Of a stretch of DNA of 58,591 nucleotides, positions 18,143 to 26,412 are shown one piece after another. The notes under the pieces are model-generated. The model was given only the letters and a program-made list of their open reading frames with translations, ran no database searches and was not told the DNA's origin. The DNA lies in the IMG/VR virus record IMGVR_UViG_3300045999_002215, positions 1 through 58,591 of that record; one strand, given 5' to 3'. Every line of letters starts with the position of its first letter. Position 1 is the stretch's first letter. The translations under genes and the position numbers were made by a program. The DNA is from a virus (taxonomy: Duplodnaviria; Caudoviricetes).

Positions 18143-18378
18143 TGGATTTTGGAGACGCACTCCGCGCCCTCAAGCAGGGCAAGCGCCTTTCGCGCACTGG
18201 ATGGAACGGCAAAGGCTTGTGGCTGGAATTGCAGGTTCCTGACGCTCATAGCAAAATGACATTGCCTTACGTTTACCTGAATTACCCCGACGACGCCCAG
18301 AACACTCCGGGCGCTCGGGTTCCGTGGCTTGCCAGCCAGACAGACATGCTGGCCGAAGATTGGGGGATTGCAGAATGA
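18139..18378 (+). CDS. DUF2829 / Tad2-like anti-defence nucleotide-sponge protein
   Basis: 'FGDALRALKQGKRLSRTGWNGKG' and 'VPWLASQTDMLAEDW' are DUF2829 signatures. Confidence 0.8.
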   Translation: MMDFGDALRALKQGKRLSRTGWNGKGLWLELQVPDAHSKMTLPYVYLNYPDDAQNTPGARVPWLASQTDMLAEDWGIAE

Positions 18379-18590
18379 TCGGACGCATGATTGGAATGCT
18401 CGTTGGCCGTAAGGTTAAAGAGAAAGCCGTGGACGCGGTGTTGGACAAAGTGAACCTGCCCGACCCAGTAGAAAACGCAATCAAAGTCGCCGCCACAGGC
18501 AACGTCGGTGACCTCCTCGGCGGTATGGGTAAAGACATGGCGAAGGAAGCCGTGCTCGGCGCAGTCATTAAGAAAGGCAAGAAGAAATGA
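18375..18590 (+). CDS. Small amphipathic protein
   Basis: ATGA-coupled on both sides. Confidence 0.6.
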   Translation: MIGRMIGMLVGRKVKEKAVDAVLDKVNLPDPVENAIKVAATGNVGDLLGGMGKDMAKEAVLGAVIKKGKKK

Positions 18591-19438
18591 GCCTGATCAC
18601 CGTAGACCAGTTACGGGCCATGATTCCCACCAATAAGGAGGTCGAGGCTTGGTGCGAGGAGCTGAATAAAGCTCTGCCGAAATACGATATCACGACCGAC
18701 CAGCGCATCGCCGGTTTCATCTCGCAGTGCGCCCATGAGAGCATGGACTTCAACGCTCTGTCTGAGAACCTGAACTACCGTGAGGAGACTTTGAACAAGG
18801 TGTTCTCCCGCTACTTCGGCCCCGGCAAACGTAATGCCGCCGAGTATGCCAAGAACCCCGAGAAGATCGCCAACTACGTCTACATGGACGAGTTCCGCAC
18901 CTCAAAGCTGGGCAACACGCAGCCCGGTGATGGATGGCGCTTCCGTGGTCGCGGTCTCAAGCAGCTCACTGGACGTGATAACTATACGCGCTTCGCCAAA
19001 GACTACGACATGACGGCGGAACAAGCTGCTGAGTGGCTTGAGACCAAAGAAGGTGCGCTCGCGTCTGCGCTGTGGTTCTGGAACACGAACAAGCTGAACG
19101 CAATCGCCGACACTGGCAACGTGGCCGCACTGACCAAGAAGATCAATGGCGGTGACATCGGCTTGGCGGACCGTCAAGCTCGCCACGCCCGCGCCATAGC
19201 GGCGCTCGGCGGTAAGATCACCGCCCCGGTGCCCACCGCGGTCGCGGCTTCTGGCGGCGCGCTGCGCCGTGGTTCTAAGGGTGACGACGTCAAGAAAATG
19301 CAAGCTAAACTCGGGCTTGCGGCTGACGGCGACTTTGGTCCGGGCACCGAGGCTGCGCTCAAAAAGTGGCAAGCCGCCAACGGTCTGACCGCCGACGGAG
19401 TTGCCGGCCCTAAGACATTGGCCAAGCTTCTCGGCTAA
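18587..19438 (+). CDS. Endolysin: glycoside hydrolase family 19 plus peptidoglycan-binding domain
   Basis: 'QCAHES', 'ENLNY', 'DGWRFRGRGLKQLTGRDNY', 'TKKINGG'; C-terminal 'ADGDFGPGTEAALKKWQ..GLTADGVAGPKT'. Confidence 0.92.
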   Translation: MSLITVDQLRAMIPTNKEVEAWCEELNKALPKYDITTDQRIAGFISQCAHESMDFNALSENLNYREETLNKVFSRYFGPGKRNAAEYAKNPEKIANYVYMDEFRTSKLGNTQPGDGWRFRGRGLKQLTGRDNYTRFAKDYDMTAEQAAEWLETKEGALASALWFWNTNKLNAIADTGNVAALTKKINGGDIGLADRQARHARAIAALGGKITAPVPTAVAASGGALRRGSKGDDVKKMQAKLGLAADGDFGPGTEAALKKWQAANGLTADGVAGPKTLAKLLG

Positions 19439-19483
19439 ATACTGAGGGCAACCCAGGTTAAATTCTGCTGACGCTGAATTGGG

Positions 19484-19513
19484 TTGCCTTCCGCCATCTT
19501 TCAAGGCTATAAT
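19484..19513 (+). promoter_or_regulatory. Sigma70-like promoter TTGCCT-N18-TATAAT
   Basis: The -35 box sits in the right arm of an inverted repeat (19447-19455/19480-19488). Confidence 0.65.
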
Positions 19514-19566
19514 TCATCACACGGGCGCATGCTGCAACAGCTGCGGAAACTAACTCCGGAGTCCGC

Positions 19567-20199
19567 ATGGCATACAGCATGACCTATGACAGCTTGTTAA
19601 CGGACGTGCGCCGTTATCTTGAGCGTGGTTTCACCGCCGAAAGCGACCAGATCGTCTATGAGCAGCTGCCCCGTTTGATCACGCTGGGCGAGCGCCGGAT
19701 TGCGCGCGAGCTGAAGATCCAAGGCTTCATCCGTGCCGTGCAGACTCCGCTGCAGGCGGGCGTGGCGGTTTACCTCAAACCCGACAGGTGGCGCGACACC
19801 ATCAGCATGACGGTCAACGGTTCGCCAATCTATGCCCGCTCATATGAATACTGCCGTAGCTACTGGCCTGATGAAGCCGAAACTGCTGCGCCGCAGTTCT
19901 ATGCTGACTACGACTATCAGCACTGGCTTATCACGCCAACGCCTGCAACCGTTCAGACGCTTGAGATTCTCTACTACGAACAGCCTCGCTTCTTGGACGA
20001 CGAGTTTCAAACAAACTGGCTCACTGAATACGCGCCTGACCTGCTGCTTTACGCAGCGCTGCTCGAAGCGGCCCCGTTCCTCAAGAGCGACGAGCGCATT
20101 CAGATCTGGCAAGGAATGTACGACCGTTCCGCTCAGGCTCTCAACGGAGAAGACTTGAAGCGCATCATGGATCGTTCAGCTAACAGGAGTGAAGCGTAA
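19567..20199 (+). CDS. Putative head-tail adaptor protein
   Basis: 'MTYDSL', 'PRLITLGERRIAREL', 'TNWLTEYAPDLLLYAALLEA.PFLK.D'. Confidence 0.6.
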   Translation: MAYSMTYDSLLTDVRRYLERGFTAESDQIVYEQLPRLITLGERRIARELKIQGFIRAVQTPLQAGVAVYLKPDRWRDTISMTVNGSPIYARSYEYCRSYWPDEAETAAPQFYADYDYQHWLITPTPATVQTLEILYYEQPRFLDDEFQTNWLTEYAPDLLLYAALLEAAPFLKSDERIQIWQGMYDRSAQALNGEDLKRIMDRSANRSEA

Positions 20200-21398
20200 T
20201 GCCTATTTACACAGATGTGTTCGGCGGCGCGAACATTTACCCTAGCGAGATCAGCTATAGCTCGGTCGCACTGTCTACAGACATCGTTCTCAGCTGGCCG
20301 GAGGAAACCTCCACCAACGTAAATCTTGCTACCCGGATTATGGACGTTACGCCGTCCACGTCCGGGCTGAGCATCACGCTGCCCGAGGCTAACAAGACCG
20401 GCACGGGTAACACGATCCTGTTCAACAACCGGGGCGCTCAAACCTTTACCGTTCGCAACTCGGCGGGTGTTCAGGTTATCACGGTCGCGGCTGGAACGCT
20501 GTGGCAAGTTTACCTGACGAACAACTCTACGGCTGCAGGAACTTGGCAGTCGTTGCAGTATGGCGCCACGACTTCAACCGCCAACGCTTCTGCGCTTGCA
20601 GGAACAGGTATTGTGGCTGTTGGCGCGCTGCTGAGCCAGTCTGTGCCGGTTACGTCCTTCAACTCTAACTTCACCACGTCGTTAGCTGACCGCGCTAAAA
20701 TGTTCAACTGGACTGGCGCTGGCGGCACTCTAACGCTGCCCACGCCAACCGTTGTTAACAACAACTGGTTCATCTACCTGCGCAACTCAGGTAGCGGTGC
20801 AATCTCTGCTGATGCGCCGGGAACAACCCTGATTGACGGCAACTCGTTCTTGAGCTTCCAGCCGGGTGAATCGGCAATCATCGCATGCGACGGTAGTGAC
20901 TTTTACACTATCGGCTTTGGTCAGTCGGCGACCTTTGCGTTTGACTACACGGTCATTGACGTCGCGGGCACGGGGAACTACGTTCTCACCGGCACGGAAC
21001 TCAACCGCGTGGCCTATCGGTTCACAGGCACCTTGACCGGCAACCGCAACATTATTGTGCCTGCCACGGTGCAGCAATACTGGGTAGACAACCGCACGAC
21101 CGGGCCGTACACGCTGACCGTTAAAACCCCGGCGGGCCTGGGTGTGGCCATAGCAACGAACCAGAGGGCTATCCTTTATTCTGACGGCACGGATGTTTTG
21201 AATGCCGACACCGGGGGTATCTCTGTTCCTCTGAACATCTCTCAGGGCGGCACCGGCGCGACCACGGCAGGTTCGGCACTCATTAACCTTGGCGGCACTT
21301 CTGTCGGCATCGGCGTGTTCACTGCTGTGGACCAGGCGGCTGCTTGGGCGGCGCTCGGCGTGGCTCCTGCGGGAACCGTTAACGGCGGGAGCTTCTGA
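20199..21398 (+). CDS. Tail/virion structural protein
   Basis: 399-aa beta-rich ORF with repeated 'ITLP...N' modules. Confidence 0.65.
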   Translation: MPIYTDVFGGANIYPSEISYSSVALSTDIVLSWPEETSTNVNLATRIMDVTPSTSGLSITLPEANKTGTGNTILFNNRGAQTFTVRNSAGVQVITVAAGTLWQVYLTNNSTAAGTWQSLQYGATTSTANASALAGTGIVAVGALLSQSVPVTSFNSNFTTSLADRAKMFNWTGAGGTLTLPTPTVVNNNWFIYLRNSGSGAISADAPGTTLIDGNSFLSFQPGESAIIACDGSDFYTIGFGQSATFAFDYTVIDVAGTGNYVLTGTELNRVAYRFTGTLTGNRNIIVPATVQQYWVDNRTTGPYTLTVKTPAGLGVAIATNQRAILYSDGTDVLNADTGGISVPLNISQGGTGATTAGSALINLGGTSVGIGVFTAVDQAAAWAALGVAPAGTVNGGSF

Positions 21399-23242
21399 TG
21401 CCCGACACCACTATCGTTCTCAAGTCTAACCCCGGCATCAAGCGGGACGGAACCAAATTTGAGGGCGACTTCTATGTGGATGGTCAGTGGGTGCGTTGGC
21501 AGCGAGCGTTGCCGCGCAAAGTTGGCGGGTACAGATCAACCCAGAAATATCTGACAGAAATCAGTCGCGGGTTCAGCACGTTTACGCAGCAGGGGTTTGT
21601 TTACTGTCATTCGGGCGGCGCTACGACGCTTGAACGCTTCACTATGGACTCCTCGTTGAACTCGTCAGTCGTCTCAGACCGGACCCCTGCAGCTGTCGCA
21701 GGAACCTGCACGGTCACCTTGACGGGCGGCGCTGCCGGGTCTGTCGGTAGCATCAAGATCAACGGTGTTGACATCATGTCTGGCGCGGTCGCGTTCATCA
21801 CTGACCTCGCCACAACGGCGACGGCGGTGGCCGCGAATATTACGGCATTCGCTTCAACTCCGAACTACACCGCAGCCGCTGTCGGCGCAGTCATCACGAT
21901 CACCGCATCGGTCGCTGGCTCGGCTTCTAATGGTGAAGTGGTTGTTACGGCGACCACCATCACCACGACCAAAACAGACATGGTCAACGGCTCTGACGCG
22001 CTTGTCAACAACGCAGAAAATTTGTGGATGTTTGACTATCAATACGATTCTTCCACGAATCAAAACTACATCATGGCGCACGTCTCGCCGAACATGGGTT
22101 GCATCTGCAACTCAACCGGCGGTCAGATCTTCTTTGGTGAAGTGCTCGGCACCGCCGACCTGCTCAGCGTGAACCTACCCCCTGACGCGAACGCCACTGG
22201 CGGTATCGTTTCGCTACACCCATACATGTTTTACTACGGCACTGACGGCATCATCGGCTGGTCTGTGCCCGGTGAGCCAACTAATCTGACCGACTTTACC
22301 AACGGGGCCGGACTGGCCCGCGTCTGGGGGCAGAAGATTATCAAAGGTCTACCCTTGCGCGCGGGCTCAGGCACCGCTCCTGCCGGTATCTTCTGGGCCT
22401 TTGACGCCGTCATCCGGGCCACGTTCACCGGCGGCGCTACGGTGTTTCAGTTTGACGTCGTCGCAACTGACACTTCAATTCTCTCGCCGGGTTGCGTCAT
22501 AGACTATGACGGCGTCTACTTCTGGGCCGGTGTTGACAGATTCTTGATGTTTAACGGCGTCGTGCGCGAAGTGCCGAACTCAATGAACCTGAACTACTTC
22601 TTTGACGGGCTCAACCGCCGGTACGCAACCAAAGTGTTTGCGTTCAAGGTTCCGCGCTACGGCGAAATCTGGTGGTGCTATCCGCGTGGCGAGGCTACTG
22701 AGTGCACGCACGCTGTGGTTTATAACGTCCGCGAGAACACCTGGTACGACACTGAACTGCCGAACGGCGGTCGCTCTGCTGGGCAGTTTAACAACTCCTT
22801 TGCCTCCCCGATCTTGACGGGTGTTCAAGGCTCTGGTGGCGACTACCGCGTTTGGGTTCACGAGCAGGGTGTTGATGAGATTGACGGGCCTAACATCAAC
22901 CCGATCCGCTCTTACTTTGAAACCGCAGATCTCTCGTCTCTGCCGCAGGGCAGGAACGAATACCTGCGCATCACGCGGATTGAACCTGACTTCGTGCAGA
23001 ACGGGCCGATGACCGTGCAGGTTACGGGTCGCGCCAACGCTCGTGCTCCTGAAGTCATCAGCAGCATTTTCACGTTCGTAGACCCCAAAGACGTCGTAGA
23101 GCCGCAACAGCAGATCGTCATGCTCAAAGAGCAGCGGCGCGAACTCCGCGTTCGCTTTGAAAGCAACGCGGTTTACGGCGATTATCAAATGGGTCAGATT
23201 ATCGGACACGTGTCTACCGGGGACAGGACGGTGCTGGGATGA
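21398..23242 (+). CDS. Tail hub/nozzle protein (P22 gp10-like)
   Basis: 'PGIKRDGT', 'YGEIWWCYP', 'VVYN..EN.WY', 'RIEPDF'; lies before the ejection proteins. Confidence 0.6.
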   Translation: MPDTTIVLKSNPGIKRDGTKFEGDFYVDGQWVRWQRALPRKVGGYRSTQKYLTEISRGFSTFTQQGFVYCHSGGATTLERFTMDSSLNSSVVSDRTPAAVAGTCTVTLTGGAAGSVGSIKINGVDIMSGAVAFITDLATTATAVAANITAFASTPNYTAAAVGAVITITASVAGSASNGEVVVTATTITTTKTDMVNGSDALVNNAENLWMFDYQYDSSTNQNYIMAHVSPNMGCICNSTGGQIFFGEVLGTADLLSVNLPPDANATGGIVSLHPYMFYYGTDGIIGWSVPGEPTNLTDFTNGAGLARVWGQKIIKGLPLRAGSGTAPAGIFWAFDAVIRATFTGGATVFQFDVVATDTSILSPGCVIDYDGVYFWAGVDRFLMFNGVVREVPNSMNLNYFFDGLNRRYATKVFAFKVPRYGEIWWCYPRGEATECTHAVVYNVRENTWYDTELPNGGRSAGQFNNSFASPILTGVQGSGGDYRVWVHEQGVDEIDGPNINPIRSYFETADLSSLPQGRNEYLRITRIEPDFVQNGPMTVQVTGRANARAPEVISSIFTFVDPKDVVEPQQQIVMLKEQRRELRVRFESNAVYGDYQMGQIIGHVSTGDRTVLG

Positions 23243-23472
23243 GCATTCAAGTTACTCTCCCTACGGGCATGGCGCTGCGGGACTGGGCTGACCAGATCGC
23301 CCTTGACCTCGACCCTTACGGAGCGTTCGGTCGCCTTGACGACGAGACGCAGTGGCAGAACTGGGCAATGCAGTTCTTGAACAACATGAGCCTGAAAGAG
23401 AACTTTCCGGTTCCCTACAACTTTACCGACTGGCGTGAATGGGCTGAACGATTCGTCCAGACGATAGCGTAA
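23239..23472 (+). CDS. Small Trp-rich virion protein
   Basis: ATGA-coupled 77-aa ORF. Confidence 0.6.
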   Translation: MSIQVTLPTGMALRDWADQIALDLDPYGAFGRLDDETQWQNWAMQFLNNMSLKENFPVPYNFTDWREWAERFVQTIA

Positions 23473-23485
23473 CGGAGCACGACAC

Positions 23486-25168
23486 ATGGAAATGCAGCAA
23501 CTGATTCAACAGGCGGCTCAAGACCCGCGCTTTCAGCAGGCTCTGCAGGTTGCTCAGGCTGAGCTGTCGGATGCATCGCCAGAGCAAGTTGAAGAATTGA
23601 TTCAGCTCTTTGAGCTGATGCTTCAGCGCCCAGAAGAGTATCAAGCGATCCTTGAAGCAGCTATTCTTGACGACATGGTCGAACCTGACGACATGCCGGC
23701 AGAGTATGACGCCACGGTCATCGCCTCGGCACTGGTCGTGCTCTACAAACTGCGTGAGGGTGGCGGCCAAGCCACTCAGATGTTTGCTCGGGGCGGTCTT
23801 GCGGGCATGCGGACGCTGGCCCGCCAGGGTCGCATGGGCGACACGATGATGGCTCACATCTCGCCAGAAGAAGCGGCGATGTTGAAGGCGCGGGGCGGCG
23901 CGGGCACAATCAACCCGAACACCGGATACCCGCAGTACTTCTCTCTGAAGAAGCTGTTCAAAGCTGTCCTGCCGATCGCCCTCAACTTCATCGCTCCGGG
24001 TCTGGGTTCAGCCATTGGCGGCGCTGTCGGCCTGAGCGGGGCGGCGGCTACGGCTTTTGGGGGAGCGGTCATCGGCGGGGCGTCATCGGCGCTCACCGGA
24101 GGCAACGCGCTGCAGGGCGCTCTCATGGGCGGCTTGGGCGGCGGCTTGGGCAACGTGGTTGGCGGCGCGGCCAACAAAATGCTCGGGATGAACTTGGGCC
24201 AAGGCGCTCAGGCTATTCTGGGTAGCGGGCTTGTTGGCGGGGTGGCTGGCGCGGCCACGGGCCAGGGCTTCTTAAAAGGCGTGGGACAAGGGGTGCTGGG
24301 CGGGGCGGTCGGACAGCTCACCGGCGGCATGTCTGGCCCGACTGCGTTCCAGCAGGGCGTTGGCGCTGCGGGCAAGACCTTCGGCCAAGCTCTTACGGCA
24401 GGTTACGACCCCAAGAGCGCATTGACGGCTGGCGCGCTTTCAGGACTCGCCACCGGCATCTCGTACAAACCCTCTAATGCGGCGGTAGAAGGACTCAAGA
24501 CTGGGCAGCAGCCTGCGGCAGAAACGCAACCTGCCGCTGCGGGCCAACCAGCAGCCGATGCAAAACCCGGCTTCTTGGAGAATATTTTTGGCGCTGGCGG
24601 TGGCGGCTCGTCTTCAATAGGCACTCTTGGGAAGCTCGCCATGGCGGGTTCGGCGCTGTCTGGGCTGGTTTCTGCCCCGGCGGCGGTTCAGCAGGCTGCG
24701 TCAACGCTCTCGCCGGAGCAGCAAGAGTATTTCAACCGTCCGAGCATCACTTGGGATTGGAACAAGCTGCAGAATGACGCGAGCGCATCCGGCATGAGCC
24801 TGAGTGACTATATGGCGCGTAACTGGAACAATATCGCGACCGGGCAGTATAACGCGGCGGCTCCGGCGGCTAACACAACCGCTCCGCCAGCAATGGCGAA
24901 CGGCGGTGCTCTGAGCGCAGTTGCCCGGTTTGCTCGCGGAGCCGGTACGGGCCGGTCAGATGAGATTGACGCCAAGCTCTCAGACGGCGAGTACGTTATA
25001 GACGCTGAGACCGTCGCGATGCTGGGCGACGGTTCTAGCAAGGCAGGCGCTGAGCACCTTGACCAAATGCGCAAACAAATCAGATCTCATAAAGGCAAGG
25101 CTCTGGCTAAAGGTAAATTCAGCCCGAACGCCAAGTCGCCGATGTCCTACATTAAAGGAGCCGCATGA
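23486..25168 (+). CDS. Putative ejection/pilot protein 1
   Basis: Gly-zipper hydrophobic segments; 'GTGRSDEIDAKLSDGEYVIDA' motif of tape-measure/ejection proteins. Confidence 0.65.
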   Translation: MEMQQLIQQAAQDPRFQQALQVAQAELSDASPEQVEELIQLFELMLQRPEEYQAILEAAILDDMVEPDDMPAEYDATVIASALVVLYKLREGGGQATQMFARGGLAGMRTLARQGRMGDTMMAHISPEEAAMLKARGGAGTINPNTGYPQYFSLKKLFKAVLPIALNFIAPGLGSAIGGAVGLSGAAATAFGGAVIGGASSALTGGNALQGALMGGLGGGLGNVVGGAANKMLGMNLGQGAQAILGSGLVGGVAGAATGQGFLKGVGQGVLGGAVGQLTGGMSGPTAFQQGVGAAGKTFGQALTAGYDPKSALTAGALSGLATGISYKPSNAAVEGLKTGQQPAAETQPAAAGQPAADAKPGFLENIFGAGGGGSSSIGTLGKLAMAGSALSGLVSAPAAVQQAASTLSPEQQEYFNRPSITWDWNKLQNDASASGMSLSDYMARNWNNIATGQYNAAAPAANTTAPPAMANGGALSAVARFARGAGTGRSDEIDAKLSDGEYVIDAETVAMLGDGSSKAGAEHLDQMRKQIRSHKGKALAKGKFSPNAKSPMSYIKGAA

Positions 25169-26403
25169 TGAGCCTTTTCCAAGGTAAGCCGCAAACGGCG
25201 ACATCTTACGCCACGTCTTCTTCGGAGACCCCGAAGTGGATGCAAGACGCTATCTACAACCAGATTCAGGTAGCGCAGAACATCGCTAACACGCCGTACC
25301 AGCCTTACAACCAGCCCACGGTTGCGGGGCTTTCCCCTCTGCAGCAGCAGGCTTACGCCAACGTCGTTGCTAACCAAGGCGCTTGGTCTCCAGCGATGCA
25401 GAAAGCGCAGCTCGGTATAGCGGACCTCGGCGGCAAAGGTACTGCTGACCAACTACAGCAACAGCAGAACCAGTATTTGCAGCCGAACTTGGCAAGCCAA
25501 GGATTGAACGCGGGACAGCAATTGTTCGGACAAGCGGGCCAGACAACCGCTCAAGCCATGTCTGAGCGCGCTCTGCAAGCCGCAAACCCTTACCTGCAGG
25601 CCGCTGGCCAGACCTCGGCCAGTCAGGTTGGCCAGTACATGTCGCCCTACCAAACGGGCGTTATGGACGTGATTGCTAAGCAAGGCGCGCGCAACCTCAC
25701 CGAAAACATCCTTCCGGGCGTTTCAGACGCCTTTATCAAAGCTGGTCAGTTTGGCTCTAGCCGTATGGGTGAGATGGGCTCGCGCGCGTTGCGTGACACC
25801 CAAGAGGCTATCTTGGCTCAGCAGTCTCAGGCGGCGCAGCAGGGCTACACGCAGGCGCTCGACGCCGCGCAGGCCGACTTGGCTCGGCAAGGTCAGTTGG
25901 CGGGCACGGTCGGCAGCATCAGTGGCGCAGACCTTTCCCGCATCCTGCAGGGCGGTTCGCAGTATGGCCAACTGGGCCAGATGCAGACGCAGGCTGGTCA
26001 GCAGCAACAGCAGTTCGGTCTCAATGCGGCACAGGCTGCTCAGGCGGCTCAGGCTGACGATTATCGTCGCCAGCTGAGCGCGCTGTCTCAAACGGCAGCA
26101 ATGGCTCAGCAGGAGCAGGGCATGCGTGCAGCAGATGTTGCTGCGCTTGAGACTGCCGGAACGGCTCAGCAGACTCAACTGCAGCGCCAACTTGACGATC
26201 AGCGAGCGCGGTTTCTCGAGGCGCAGCTTTATCCGAAACAGCAGATGGACTGGCTCAGCACGCAAATTCGCGGAATGGCGCCAATCACACCGCAGATACA
26301 AAATCAGTCCTCTACGACCACGGGTGCGACTTACGGGCCATCGCCGCTATCACAGCTGGCAACCGGCTTGTATACGTACAAAGGTCTGCAGGAAATGGGC
26401 TAA
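25165..26403 (+). CDS. Putative ejection protein 2
   Basis: Gln/Ala-rich helical protein with 'YMSPYQ' and 'AGQFGSSR' motifs. Confidence 0.65.
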   Translation: MMSLFQGKPQTATSYATSSSETPKWMQDAIYNQIQVAQNIANTPYQPYNQPTVAGLSPLQQQAYANVVANQGAWSPAMQKAQLGIADLGGKGTADQLQQQQNQYLQPNLASQGLNAGQQLFGQAGQTTAQAMSERALQAANPYLQAAGQTSASQVGQYMSPYQTGVMDVIAKQGARNLTENILPGVSDAFIKAGQFGSSRMGEMGSRALRDTQEAILAQQSQAAQQGYTQALDAAQADLARQGQLAGTVGSISGADLSRILQGGSQYGQLGQMQTQAGQQQQQFGLNAAQAAQAAQADDYRRQLSALSQTAAMAQQEQGMRAADVAALETAGTAQQTQLQRQLDDQRARFLEAQLYPKQQMDWLSTQIRGMAPITPQIQNQSSTTTGATYGPSPLSQLATGLYTYKGLQEMG

Positions 26404-26412
26404 GGAGCGGCT

